The notes under the pieces: generated by a model
The model's input: only the letters and a program-made list of their open reading frames with translations
What the model was told of the DNA's origin: nothing
Databases searched by the model: none
Shown here: piece by piece, positions 42,201 through 54,200 of the stretch
Layout of the letters: each line of letters starts with the position of its first letter
Numbering within the stretch: the first letter of the stretch is position 1
NCBI GenBank assembly: GCA_002269645.1
Contig: NIVC01002005.1
Span: forward strand, 124,001 to 188,000
Reading direction: 5' to 3'
DNA: 64,000 bases
From: Macrostomum lignano
Taxonomy: Eukaryota
Position numbers and translations under genes: made by a program

Positions 42201-45200
42201 ACCGGGTGGACCCTATGGAAAACGCAGTAAAACAAAAATTAGCCAGGGGGTGGGAAGAAAATTACATTTGCGTAAAACGCTTTCCGCGCAGGGAAAGTGA
42301 CGTCAATGTTCGGAAACCACTGAGTAAAATCATCCACCCCGTGGAAAATGAGGTTACATTCAGTGGGAGGTAGTGGGAGGCCTCGCCTACCACAATTTAA
42401 TTCGCTGGGTATTCTAGGAAAAAATTGCAGTACTAACTTAAACAATTTTTATGATATTTGAAAAAAGGATTTTTGCTTGTGTTCAAAAATGTGTAATTTT
42501 GTTTTTGAAAAACAAAAAGTAAAATTAATTTATTCTTTACTATGGCACCTATGGCTTAGAAAAAATGGAGACCAAAGTTAAGACGTACGCGTATGCATGT
42601 TGTTGTTGCATGTTGACTTCGTACGTACAGCTTCCAAGGACTACTCAAGTAACATATATATAGGACGCTACACTTGAAATCTATAATAAATGTTTTCAAG
42701 GCAACTTTTCGCTGAAAAGTACACTACAAAGATAGGTTGTAATTTTTTCTGCACAAAAATTGTTATTGCTTTTGATAGCTGGAGGCAGATCCAGTGTTCA
42801 TCTTTTAATATGTTGTGCCTTTCTTATTGCTCCGTATTATTGCTTCTTATTGAACGAATATAAATAAAGCTTTTCGTTCAGAAATAGTTTTAAAGGCAGG
42901 TTTCACCGAAAAATTCACTGCGGAGATAGGAAACTTCACGATTTTCAACACTAAAACATGATCATGACAGTGATTGAGTCCTCTTACAGTGTCAGAGAAA
43001 GTTCTAATGCCACTATTTTGTGTCTCACATGCTGCTCTAACGACGCATTTATCGATTTTTCATGTTATATTCGTCTTGTAATTATTTTAAACGTTTTTTT
43101 TCAAGTGACAGACAAGGACCACTAGAAGTGGTAACAGCTAGTGGTCCTTGAATTGGTGACAGACTAACTGTCCGACCGCCTATATATACTAACACTGGAA
43201 ATGCATAAAGCTTTTTTATAGATTGATGTCCGTATAACATAGTCTCATCCGAAGATGTTATATGTACACCACAAAACCTATATACATGTAGCTATCGTAA
43301 CGAGTACAAGGATCATTTACCACCCAACAGAAATTACATGCACAGCTGTAAAGTCCCAATAAAGAATATATATACATGTAGATAGCTAGTACATAGATAG
43401 AAATGATGAGGACGCACATGATTTTTCCCAAATCCCGCGCTAGCACATGGGCTCTAAACTTACTTGCCTACTAACAGTGGGCAATGGGCATTTTTATCCT
43501 TTTTCTGCGAATTTTCATAGAATACATAGTATAATCTATACTAGATATAATGTCTGGTCATACTAGTAGTCATAATAACATAGGCTAATAACATATGATT
43601 GATTTATGGCCGCACCTGTCATCTTTTTACGACCCTGTGGGAACTGATAGGATCTCTCGGTCACGTGATTCTGGGTAGCAACAAGCTTAGCCAATCAGAA
43701 AATTCGGCGCTCATTTTAACAAAACGGCTCAGCCAATCAGAATCGACGTGTTCCATTATAACAAACTGCGGTCCAGTTGGCGGCTATTTAAACCGGAGTT
43801 TTTGGCCCGCTCGGACTCAACTTTGGCTCGGGCCCAGCGCGCAACTTCTGGTTTCCGGAGCACGACCGTCGTTTCTTGATCCCCGGATTGCGACTTCCCC
43901 CCATCATCATCAAGGACGAGTCCCCCGGTCATCAGCAGCGAACATCAAGTTAAGAGCATCACCTGCTAGCTAACAGCGAAGATTGTGACAGCATCATCCC
44001 GAGTCTACAGCTGCAGAGCATCGAGCCGATTCGATCACTGTGGATTACCTGGTCTCCGGCTGTTGAGTTTCTGATTGGTTGGGTGAGAGGCTACCTAGAC
44101 TTGCTTGATTGGGTGATCCCTTTTCTGTCCCCTGTTGCAGTAGCTGAATTAGGCGCACACTTTTGCTCATTTTGTTCAGTAGTGCTGTTGCTGAGGCAGA
44201 AATCATTCAATAATACTGCTAGTAGTCTAAGACTCCAATTCAATCTGAAGTGTGAAGTGAACTAAGGGGAAGGTTAAATCTAACAGTTATTTTTATCGGT
44301 TTTATTTCTTTGTTCGCCGATGGCTCAGATGAGTAGCTAAGCTAGTAGGCGCCGGTCGCAGTGGACCAATGGCAAGGCAATTCTCAGTCGACCAATCTAT
44401 CAAATCAGTGAGCAAAACTGCCAGAAGTGCAGAATCGGCGCCAGAGATGTACTTTGTGCACTCTAGGGTAGCCATTAGCCAAGCGGCTCGGGTAAATGGA
44501 TCATGCGGTCTCTGAAGTTCGAGTTAGTCTATCATCAGCGCTATGAGAGGCTAGTTGGCGCGTTGAAGGCCAAAAGTACATATCTTCGTATTTAGCAATG
44601 TAATAGTACATGTAGCTACCCCATAGACTCGCCACCGCAAGAATCCCCTGCACAAGTCCCCTCTGTACCTGCATGGCCAACGCGATCTAGTCCCAGCAGT
44701 GTCCCTTATCATCGGCTATGACTTCGAGATTGACAGCAAAAAGACACTAGTTGGCAGGTAAGTGCAAAGCCCCTTCTAGTCGGAAGCCCGATTTCGAGAG
44801 TCCCGGTGTGGTGAGCCAGGGCGCACGGGCTGGTGGCAGCAAGTTAGTTGATCTGCGGATTAGCTAATTTCTACTTTCAAAATTCTCCCTGCTCGTCTCT
44901 CGCTGTCCCTCTCTTAGCTATAGGACCTAGACTGCTCGCCACACGATCAAGCTACCATGGGGCTGACCATCTGACAGGAGTGGGGGGCCAGGTCTCTAAT
45001 TGATTTATTTCTGAGCCTGAGGCCCGAAGGCTTTCCTAACAAGGAGCCCGAAGGTCGAAACCCATCAGAAAGATGCTGTAGAAAGACTTTTAGCGCTTAT
45101 CTGAAAAAGCTCAGAGAGGGGCAGGAAGTGGCCTCAAGCGGGCGAGGTGGATTCTAAGGTCTAGCAAAGGGTCTTTAGAAGCGTCTCAGTGCGCGCCTGT

Positions 45201-46859
45201 CAGAGACGATATGGGTCGCATGGCGGATTTAATCCAGAGTCCAATTTGTCTTGGCTAAACTATTATCATATCAACATACAATAAGCAATTCTGAGCAGCC
45301 AACGGAGAGTCTCTCGTACTCTGCCTCTCCGATGTCTCTATTTGCTTTCGTTCAACAGTGTACAACTTCATCTGCAGGTGAAGAGTTTAAAAATAGTGAT
45401 CACTCACTCGAAAGCTCCTACTTCTAGACACTGTAGAACAAGTGCCTATAGGTACATGTATGTGCAAAATCAAATATCTCACTGTAGCGGATCCTATTGT
45501 GGTTTCAGACGTCTGAACCTTGTAGTTTGGAGGGTAGCTGGCTTTGTTGAGCGCTAGCGGCGGCCGGCTCCGGTGAACGGTTGCTTCCGTGAGTTCTTAA
45601 CTTTATCTGTGAGTCGACCAAAAACGATAGGGAATGAGAAGTCTTGACGTCCTCAAGCTCGGAATTAACAATAGAACGTGCGTCCAAATGAGCAATTTAA
45701 TTCTCAGAGTTTCTGTAATAGGTCCTCTTGAAGGGCGTCTTCTTCGTGGGGTCCGAAACGCAACGGGTAACTCAAATTAATCAATATTATCCTAGGATAT
45801 AACAAGGTCTTTCTCAGATGTGTCGACAACAGCGGCTCTCGTAAAGCAGCGCAAATCAATAAACTTATTAACGCTAGCAACAGAGAACTTAATCTGTTAA
45901 ACACTTACCAATTGAACAAGTTTCGACCCTCGGAGACTGGTCTCCTTCTATTCTTCTTCAAAGTCTTCTTTGAGACCGTTCCAAGCAGGCTTTAACCTTT
46001 GCAACTCGTGCTATACGTCGATCTTCACGAAATTGATTTGTCGTTCGACCAATTATCAACCGGTCTGGATATGGAGCCAGTTCAAAATGTAACAAGAGTT
46101 AAAAGCGATGACACACCTAGGAGACCGCTTGATAATAATACTGATGGCTGAAGATCTACGACAACTGGACATCTGAAAGGCATCTCGTTCGCAGAGTCGA
46201 GTTATGGCTGAGACTCCTCAGTGATGGCACTGCCCCTAGAACTAATTAGTCTCTGGCTGTCTCGAGCTCTCAACAGATTGACATTCGCGTAGAACCTCTT
46301 GGATCGACAGGTCAGGATACTGCATCACCTGCTGAGAAAAAACAAACGTTCTGTCGACAAGGTGGAGATTGACGGGGTGAGAGGGTTGTGGTGTTGTTTA
46401 AGTGATTGTAGTAAACATTTTAATGAACTTTGATTGAAGCCAATTGATGAAACTGTTATTTGCTATTGTCTTGTTTATTTGCTTTTTTGTAATTATTATA
46501 TGATTGCTTTCGTGAAGACACTTTTATTTTACATTTCCTACGGCCCATTGTATATATGCCAACAAGCCCATTATCTATACAATGGTACTGACAAAAATCC
46601 CATTTTCTAGATAGCGGTCCATTCTATTCGAATAGATAATGGAAAATAGTTCTTTCTAGATAATGGATACTTGAATTTCTCGGTACCCCAAGTGCACAAC
46701 CTGACTGGCATTCTCCACATGCTGCGGATGGAAACGAAGGAGGAGCTTTCCTGAAGCTATTTTTGTCCATCAACTGTTTGAAGATATTAGCCATCGTAAA
46801 AGCTTGTAAGATCTTTCAGGAGGCAGAGACCCGGGATGCTGTACCGAAGCTGGTGTTAA

Positions 46860-47910
46860 ACTGGCGTGATTGCTCAACTGATGAAGCTCGAAAGTTGGTG
46901 GGTATTGCGATGCTCATGGGAGTCGACAAGGAGACAGAAAGCCAGCTAATGGTCCACCGACCTGATCACTGGCCTGACCTGTTTCTTTTCAAGCATTTCT
47001 CTCTATCAAGAGACAGATTTAAGCAGCCCCTGTCTTGCCTCCGTTTCTAAGTCTTTGCAGCAAGACTACATGCCCCGGCAGCGACTTACAATTGATGAGA
47101 CGCTGGTGCTTTACAAAGGGAGAGTTGCCTTCAAGCAATCCCGTCTAAGCGAAGTATGGCATAAATCTGTACTGCCTCTGCAAGACTGAGAGTTCATATT
47201 TATGGAACTTCGTCATACTCACGTCTCCTGAGGTTAATCAACAGTTTGGTGAAGAATTCGGATGTCAAGGCTTGAGTATGAGCGAGAGAGTTGTTGCAGA
47301 GCTGTGCTGCAAGCAGTCTCCTCCATCTTGGACATCATGCATTCACTGATGGTTGGTTCACATCTCGCCAGCTGGCCGATTGGTTGCTGCAACACTATAC
47401 GCTACTGACTGGGACGGTGCAGAAGGATCGCGGCATTTGCAGGCTGTCACCAAACATCCAATTTCATCTTCATTCGCACATTCAGGTGACCTCCTGGCGT
47501 ATAAAAAACGTCTCAATGCACCCGTACCTCGCGAACCGAAAGAGTATGAGCTGGTTCCACACGCTGGGATTTCATCTTCTTGTGATGACTGCGCGGAACT
47601 CATGGGTGATCTACCGACAGTCAGGTGGCACAAAGACTTTTCTGCATTTTGAGGCTGCATGGCAATAAAGAGTCTTGTGAAGGACAAGGACACTGGGGCT
47701 GCCAGAAGACGCGGCCCTGCACCAGGTGATGCTGGTGCTCTTGCTATTGGTGGAGGAGATGGTGCCGACGCCCATTCACCAAGCAAGGCTCCAAGAATCG
47801 GAGACCAGGTCCGACCAGGCGAAAGATGTCGTGTGTGCCATGCAGCTGGCCAGGTCAAGAAGACCGTTTTTGTTTGCAAAGCCTGCCCGGGAGTCCCAGC
47901 AATTTGCCTA
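46860..47910 (+). mobile_element. Decayed piggyBac (PGBD4-like) transposase
   Basis: Fragments in several frames: LSRDRF..LRF; LTIDETLVLYKGRVAFKQ (first catalytic Asp); YCLCKTESSYLWNF; HHAFTDGWFTSRQLADWL..TLLTGTV (second Asp); RKSMSWFHTLGFHLLVMTARNSWVIY; cysteine-rich end RCRVCH..KKTVFVCKACPGVPAIC. Frameshifts and deletions; TTAA ends not found. Confidence 0.9.
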
Positions 47911-48139
47911 GCTATTAGATTTTTTACCTTTAAACCATTAGACGAATCAAAAACGTCATTACGTAATCGGATATTTGTTGATGTTAAGGTCTATTCGTTA
48001 TTTGCTGTTTATTATGCATTACATTCGTGTATGAATTTTTTTCGGCTTAAATACAGTCGTTCAAGTACATCTAACACAGTTCTGAGTCTCCTAATCAGGC
48101 AAATCCCTTAACTGGCCGTTCATTTCATCCTCTACCCGC

Positions 48140-48215
48140 ATGTACCTACCTACCTACCTACCTACCTTCCTATCTACCTACCTACCTACCTAAATACCTA
48201 CCTAAATACCTACCC
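48140..48215. repeat. (CTAC)n microsatellite
   Basis: Directly visible. Confidence 0.85.
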
Positions 48216-49349
48216 ATTGTACCAGCCTGCTTACTCGTATCTTGCAGATGCTTCAGTCTGTAAATCATTTCCCTCTTTAAAACTGTCCCTAATAAGTCAT
48301 GTAATTAGACTATTCCGGCTTCATTGGGAACAAGCTTACTTCGTAAAAGCAATTTTTACAGTTTTGTTGAAAACTGCCGCAGTATTTTTATTATAAACGA
48401 GTTATTATAATTACAGGTATGACATCTCTAAGCTAATAATATTTTTTGCGTAATCTACTCTTTGCAACATTGTTAGACGCTGACCCGAAATCGGGCCATT
48501 CCCGTCGGGAACGGGTGTGCTGAGATGATGGTTGATTTGCTATGGACTTTTGCAAACGCGCAGCCGTTTGCTTCGGGGCTGGCGGGATGACCCGAAATCG
48601 GATCATCTATGTAGCTCGTTCAAAGACAGTGCAGATCGGTGAGCGCGTCCACAGCATCTCCAGCTCCCGATCAGGGATCCGAGCCTCAGCAGCTGCTCTC
48701 AAATTGCGCCCCGTGGCTGCGCCCCGACATCACTGGCAGCTGAATCAAATTCTCGATACGTCTCAGAGCTTTCCCGTATTCTTAGTCCGTCAGAGCCGCC
48801 ATTTTGGTGGCCCTCTGACTCAGTGGAGGTTCGCCACCGCCTGCAGCGTTTTTTTGCAAGACTGGAATCTTCAGCTTCTCTACGCGATCGCTCCGACGTG
48901 GTGGAGCGACGTTTGCTCTCAATGCTGGGAGATGGGCGCAGCTCGGCGATTACGCGGGTACATCTCTGATGACAGTGCCGTTAACCTAGCAGCTCTTCGG
49001 TCTATGTCTGCTTGCCTTTACTCGTACCGTTCTTCTCTTGCTCCTTCTTTCTTTTGATTCGCCTGCTTTCTTAGAGTTTGGATTGCTCCTTGCTCATTAA
49101 ATTTATACATGTATTCTCCGTCATCCACGTTCTGCTGTTTCTGTCTTCATCAAATTGCCTAAACCCATAGAAAACTTTTTAGCAATCGGCATAAACTTCT
49201 ACGATTCTGTGTCAGCCCTTAATGATGAGTCTAGTGAATGAAGCTTATTAATTTATTAACGAATAGTAACAGTTATACAAATTATACAGGTTGTTATACA
49301 GAAATCATAATATTTTTACCGAAATATATCAACTGATATGTTTAACTGT

Positions 49350-49600
49350 ATGGCTTTTTAAAACGTTCAGATTCTGCAATTTTATCAAACAAAACTTTGC
49401 CCAATCTTTATCATGAGAAAGAAAAGCTGCAGTTCAAGGAAACACCAGGGCTTATAAACTTCAAATATAGGCAGGAAATTGTACCTGACACCCAGCATTC
49501 GAATTCGCTTAAAGGCTAAAGCACTATAAATACATTTACTGCACCGGAAGTGGTCGTCCAGTGGTCTAGCGCGGCGCTCTGATGTGCCACGGCCAGGCGA
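49350..49600 (+). repeat. Dispersed repeat, copy 1 (homologous to 58710-59050)
   Basis: Exact 23-mer AGGGCTTATAAACTTCAAATATA at 49447 and 58883, with flanking colinear similarity (GTACCTGACAC..GCATTCG..TTCGCTT). Confidence 0.7.
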
Positions 49601-49700
49601 CTGCTACTGCCATCTTCACGATGCATGAAATTGCATAAAAATTCGCTTTTCAATCAATCATACGAATACTGTATTCAAAAGTACATTTTCTGTTTCTTAG

Positions 49701-50178
49701 AATCAACGGATATATTGCGACAGCGTAGCGGTGTTCGAACCAGCCATTCTGGGTTTTCAAGCCAATATTATCCAGCCAATTACAAAATTACTTGGAGCTT
49801 CGATATCCCAGAAGGCTACATTTTAACAATAAAATGTTGGCTGAAGACCATTGATAATGTGAGCACTCCTGCGTCCCCGATTAAACGGTTGAGTTGGTGA
49901 AACACATTCAAGGATCTCTAGAAGTTTCAGTTGTGCGACAGTAACTTTTAGTGATCCTTGATTGCATTATAGACGATGCAAAATATAGCTTACTGCAAAA
50001 TACATTTGAAACTCACCCGCAGGTGATGGAAAACACGAGCACCAACTCAAATTGCGTTGGCACAGTGATTTCACAGTTCTCGGTGTTGCTCAGCTATCGC
50101 TCATTGGACGATCGGTCATTGAATGCTCACTGCTAAATAGCAGTACTTCTGTGCTACAGCTGCACCTGCCGAATCTTG
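49701..50178 (+). pseudogene. Degenerate paralogous exons of the CUB receptor
   Basis: From 49701: ESTDILRQRSGVRTSH..YPANYKITWSF, resembling ATEIIRQRSGVRRSH..YRNNYKKAWSI at 51870, then loses CUB similarity and stops. 50023-50178 encodes ..CSLLNSSTSVLQLHLPNL, resembling ..CRLLNGSSALLVLPEL at 56563-56710. Confidence 0.55.
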
Positions 50179-51277
50179 GTTAGTTAGTTTGTTCAGTAGA
50201 AATTATTGTACCGAGATTTCAACCCTTCTTTAAAAAAACGCCTAAATAAAAATGCCTAAATAATGCCTAAATAAACAAATGACACTATACATGCATCAGT
50301 TGTTATTCGTAACTTTTTGCAATTAAAAGTTTACACTGCGAATGACGTGGTAGTCTAGCATAAAGTCGCCGAGAGGCTACAAACTTCTTGGAAAAAATTA
50401 TACACCATAAGTTGGTGGCTGAGTGTACAGGCTGCAGGCTTCAGGCAACAAGAATGGAATGGAAAGTTAAACGAAGAAAGATAAACAGACGATGCTGTTA
50501 AATGTCATACATGCATAATTTTTGCATCCAAACGGTTTTTATTAAAGAGAGAATTCCCGTAAAGACATCTGTACAATCATAAAACTTAAAAATTCGTAAG
50601 GTTCGGAATTGTGAGTAAACTCTTTCCTACTCAGAGCTTAAAAAACCTTGCGCTTGTATGAGTGAGCCTTAAGTTATATTCCAAAGAATGATTTGTTTGT
50701 CTGTAGGTAGCTCTTAGATAAATATGTAATTGGTTTTGGAAAAAAACGGCTCAAACAATTTTTACGAAATTTGAACCGTTCGTCCGTTCAAAATTTAGAT
50801 TAACACCAGTTAATTACCAGTTAATTACCAGTTGATTAGATAAGCGCAACAGTCCACATCGATTACAACTCAAAATTCTTTGATAGCAAAAATATCATAT
50901 CTTCATCATAGAAACACCAGAAACTGTTTCAATGGGTTTTGTTTCTGAGATGCAGTGTTGTGAAACAGCAAAATTTCACCTTGATAGTATTCTGTGATTT
51001 CAAGATTTGCAATTCAAATTAAATTTAAATTTAAATTTATAAACTATAGCAACCAAATAAGCGAAAATTGGGAGTCTTGAGTCAAAATTAGCATATGGAA
51101 TTCAGATCTGGTTTTATTTACTCCAATTAGAATCAAGCTAAAGTTAATGTCCTGTTTACTGGAACTTGCTTTACTTCAGTAGAAAGAAGATTTTGGCGCT
51201 TAAATATGAAAAGGAACATCGAAACCGCAGTTTTCAGGTTACTCTGCTGAGCCCTTCAGCTCTACCAGCAGCCTGCG

Positions 51278-54200
51278 ATGAAAACAGACACCAGATTTTT
51301 CCATTACATTCAACTCTCTGTCTTTGGCTTGCTATGTTGGTTTCCATTTTCAGGTAGGTTTTATTCTTTTTTAATCAGAGTCAAAATATGTCGCTCTTGT
51401 TATAACGGCGCTCGGTTACTAAACAGAATGCTGCTCCGGTGGGACGCTTTCCGCGTCATCTGGAACGATCGCATGCCCCTCCTCTGGAGGCCAGTATTCA
51501 AACAATTTGGACGTTTCCTGGTCTATTCGACCACGTGGTGTCAGCCGAATCCGATTCAGCAAGCTGGATGTGGAGCCATGCTGCGACAAAGTGCTCATTT
51601 ATGAAAGTGCAACCTCAGCCTCAAACAGCTCAGAGAGGTTTCGACTTGTGCATGCGAACGCGACTGAGTCTGAGTTCTGGCTGAATGCGCCCTTTGTTGT
51701 GAGGTTTCGAAGTGACGGGTCTGTCACGAAATCCGGATTTCGGCTTTCTTACGAACGCCAGTCAGAGTCGATTCCAGGTGAATTTTATGCTCAACGGAAT
51801 TATTATAGCTAACACTCTTGTTGACTTTTACTGATTGATTTTGATCTCGGATGACAAATGGAATTTCAGCTGCTACTGAGATAATTCGGCAGAGAAGCGG
51901 TGTCAGACGGAGCCATCCAGATGTCGGGTCCTACCGCAATAACTACAAAAAAGCTTGGAGTATTTATGTGCCCAGAAATTCCCGTGTTTTCATTCGATTC
52001 ACAAAGTTCAACACGGAATCTGGCTGCGATTATCTTAGGATATATTCAGGACTTGTTCCGGGATATCAGCACACGGCTCTGCAAGCGATTTCAGGCAATC
52101 ATAGAATTCTTCATCCGTCATACACGTTTTCGCATAGCGTTACCCTAATTTTCACTACTGACGGCTCTGTTGTCCGTGAAGGGTTCGAATTTGAGTTCAA
52201 TGTCCGTGAGTGATACAAGACGTCAACAGTATCTGGCAGTTTTTTTTTCAGTTTTATTTAATTCAGAAGTTAAACTGTTCAGTGCAGAAAATATAAGTTA
52301 AAAGTTATGCAATCATATGTTTATAATTTCTTTTCTCGGCCAGATACGGACAGAGAAGCAACATAGTTTCCATAGTTACTCGTAGTTACATAAATCTGAA
52401 TAAGTCTCAACATTGTTTATGTTGAGGCAGCTGATTTGTACTACGGATTATGCGCCATCGGACTATCGATTATAATGGATAATTAGTTTTAAGCAATGAG
52501 AAGAGAACTCTTATAAATTCTCTTTAGATTACATAAATATTATCAACTTCCACAAAAAATCTTAACGCTGCTACATTTACTCAGTTTGATACTCTTTACA
52601 GATGATCATGAATTACTGTGGATCTTTTCAAAATGGACCGGAATGGCCATAGGTGGCTCGAAATTCAGTTTTTCACTGCTTTCTATGGATCGAAATGTAT
52701 CAGCTAGGTGTTACCTAGATCTTGAATGTGGAAGGCAAACTTCGGAGATCGCAATGAATTCCGTAAGCCGTGCATTTTTCTGCATTAAATTTTCGAAAAA
52801 AGTTATATTACTGGTTGAAGTTATTTGCATAATCTTGCACAGTAAAAGTAATAGCTTTTGACCTTTCACCGTTTTTTATTTGAAATCGAAGCCAAGTTTA
52901 CAGAGGTCTCAAATTATTTGAATTGTTTGCAATTCCCTCAGACGATATACTCACAGCGAAGATCAGCTGAAAAATTGTACTTATTTTCTGGAATCGTCTC
53001 AGATACTGCTGTCTGCATTCGAAACATCACGTGCAGACTCCGTGGCAGCGGTATGAATGAACTGGTTGAATCGACACCAGCACCTGATGGTAAAACGTAT
53101 TTAATCATTTTCTGAGACTGTAGATCTGCAAAAAATTTTTGAATAGGTGAAAGTGTCTGAATTCGACAATTAGCAAAGCCATACAATAACTGTATCAGAT
53201 TAATGATTATCCTGCTCTAGTTTCCTTCATACATATAAATAACTTTCAGTTGAGCCAGTTTCACTTGAAATCAGCCTGATAAAGCCTGAGCTGTGGAGCC
53301 TCTCAGATGGTTTGATTCGGTTTCGAGCTGTGTCTCAAGCCGAGTGTCGGCGAGTGAGGCATCGCTGCGAGCTGAGGCTTTTCAATGGAAGCGCAGTCAC
53401 TGCTGCGCAAGTGAAGCGGGTAAGAATAATGTAATAATGCGTAGTTTAAATATTTAGCAAAATATAATATACTTAGAGTAATTGCTATGATAGGCGTGTA
53501 CAACTAAACGATGTACTGTAGGCCCGTACTGATATGCAGATATACGCAATTGTATTTTCCTTCAATTTACAATACCCAGCTAGCGTATTTTCATTCTGAT
53601 ACAATTGCTACGTCAAAACTTCAGCAAGCATCACAGCCACGTATTTCTCAGTGTGTGAGCAGAGTTCAGACAGACTTTGCTGTGGTGGCTGAGCTCATCG
53701 ACACAGTCAATTCCACGATACTTTGTTACAAGCAAGCCGGAACAGTCAACTATTCTCTGCCGGTTATGCAACTGCGTGAGTTGAGTTAAGATTATGAAAT
53801 CAATGCATAGATGAATACAAATAATAGGAATTTAGTATATAGAACTTCATTAGAACAAGAAGTATATATATTCGCATAACGTCACTTGAATCGAAATTGA
53901 ACGAAAAATAGCAATCTGACATGCTATTACTTTCTTCATCGTAAAGTTGATTCTAAAATAACAATTACTTTATTCGAATATTAGGCGTTTCTGACTCTGT
54001 TTTCAAATAAACATGTGAAATTGGCGGCAATTTTGAGAGTTCTAATCAGGTGAAAAAATGTGTCTTATGTACAGCTGATTTATTCAATGCTAAAAATTGA
54101 AAATAAAAGAAAAGATTCTCAGCTCCTTGCAATAATCATTCTCTTATCCCAGCTGTTCGAGAAATTCAATGGAGATTCCCAGATTCTGCTGGAATCACTG

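Noticed and set aside
46870-46900. CTGATGA..GAAA hammerhead-like string
   Set aside because: No room for stem II; it is piggyBac coding sequence (TDEARK).
48542-49057. 171-aa ORF in a GC-rich island
   Set aside because: No recognisable domain or splice partners; opposite-strand frames are stop-interrupted; probably decayed repeat.
51851-52213. Stop at 52213 as the end of a small secreted two-CUB protein
   Set aside because: A consensus donor GTGAGT at 52206 precedes the stop and joins in phase to twelve... more precisely thirteen downstream exons; the short form remains possible only as an intron-retained isoform.
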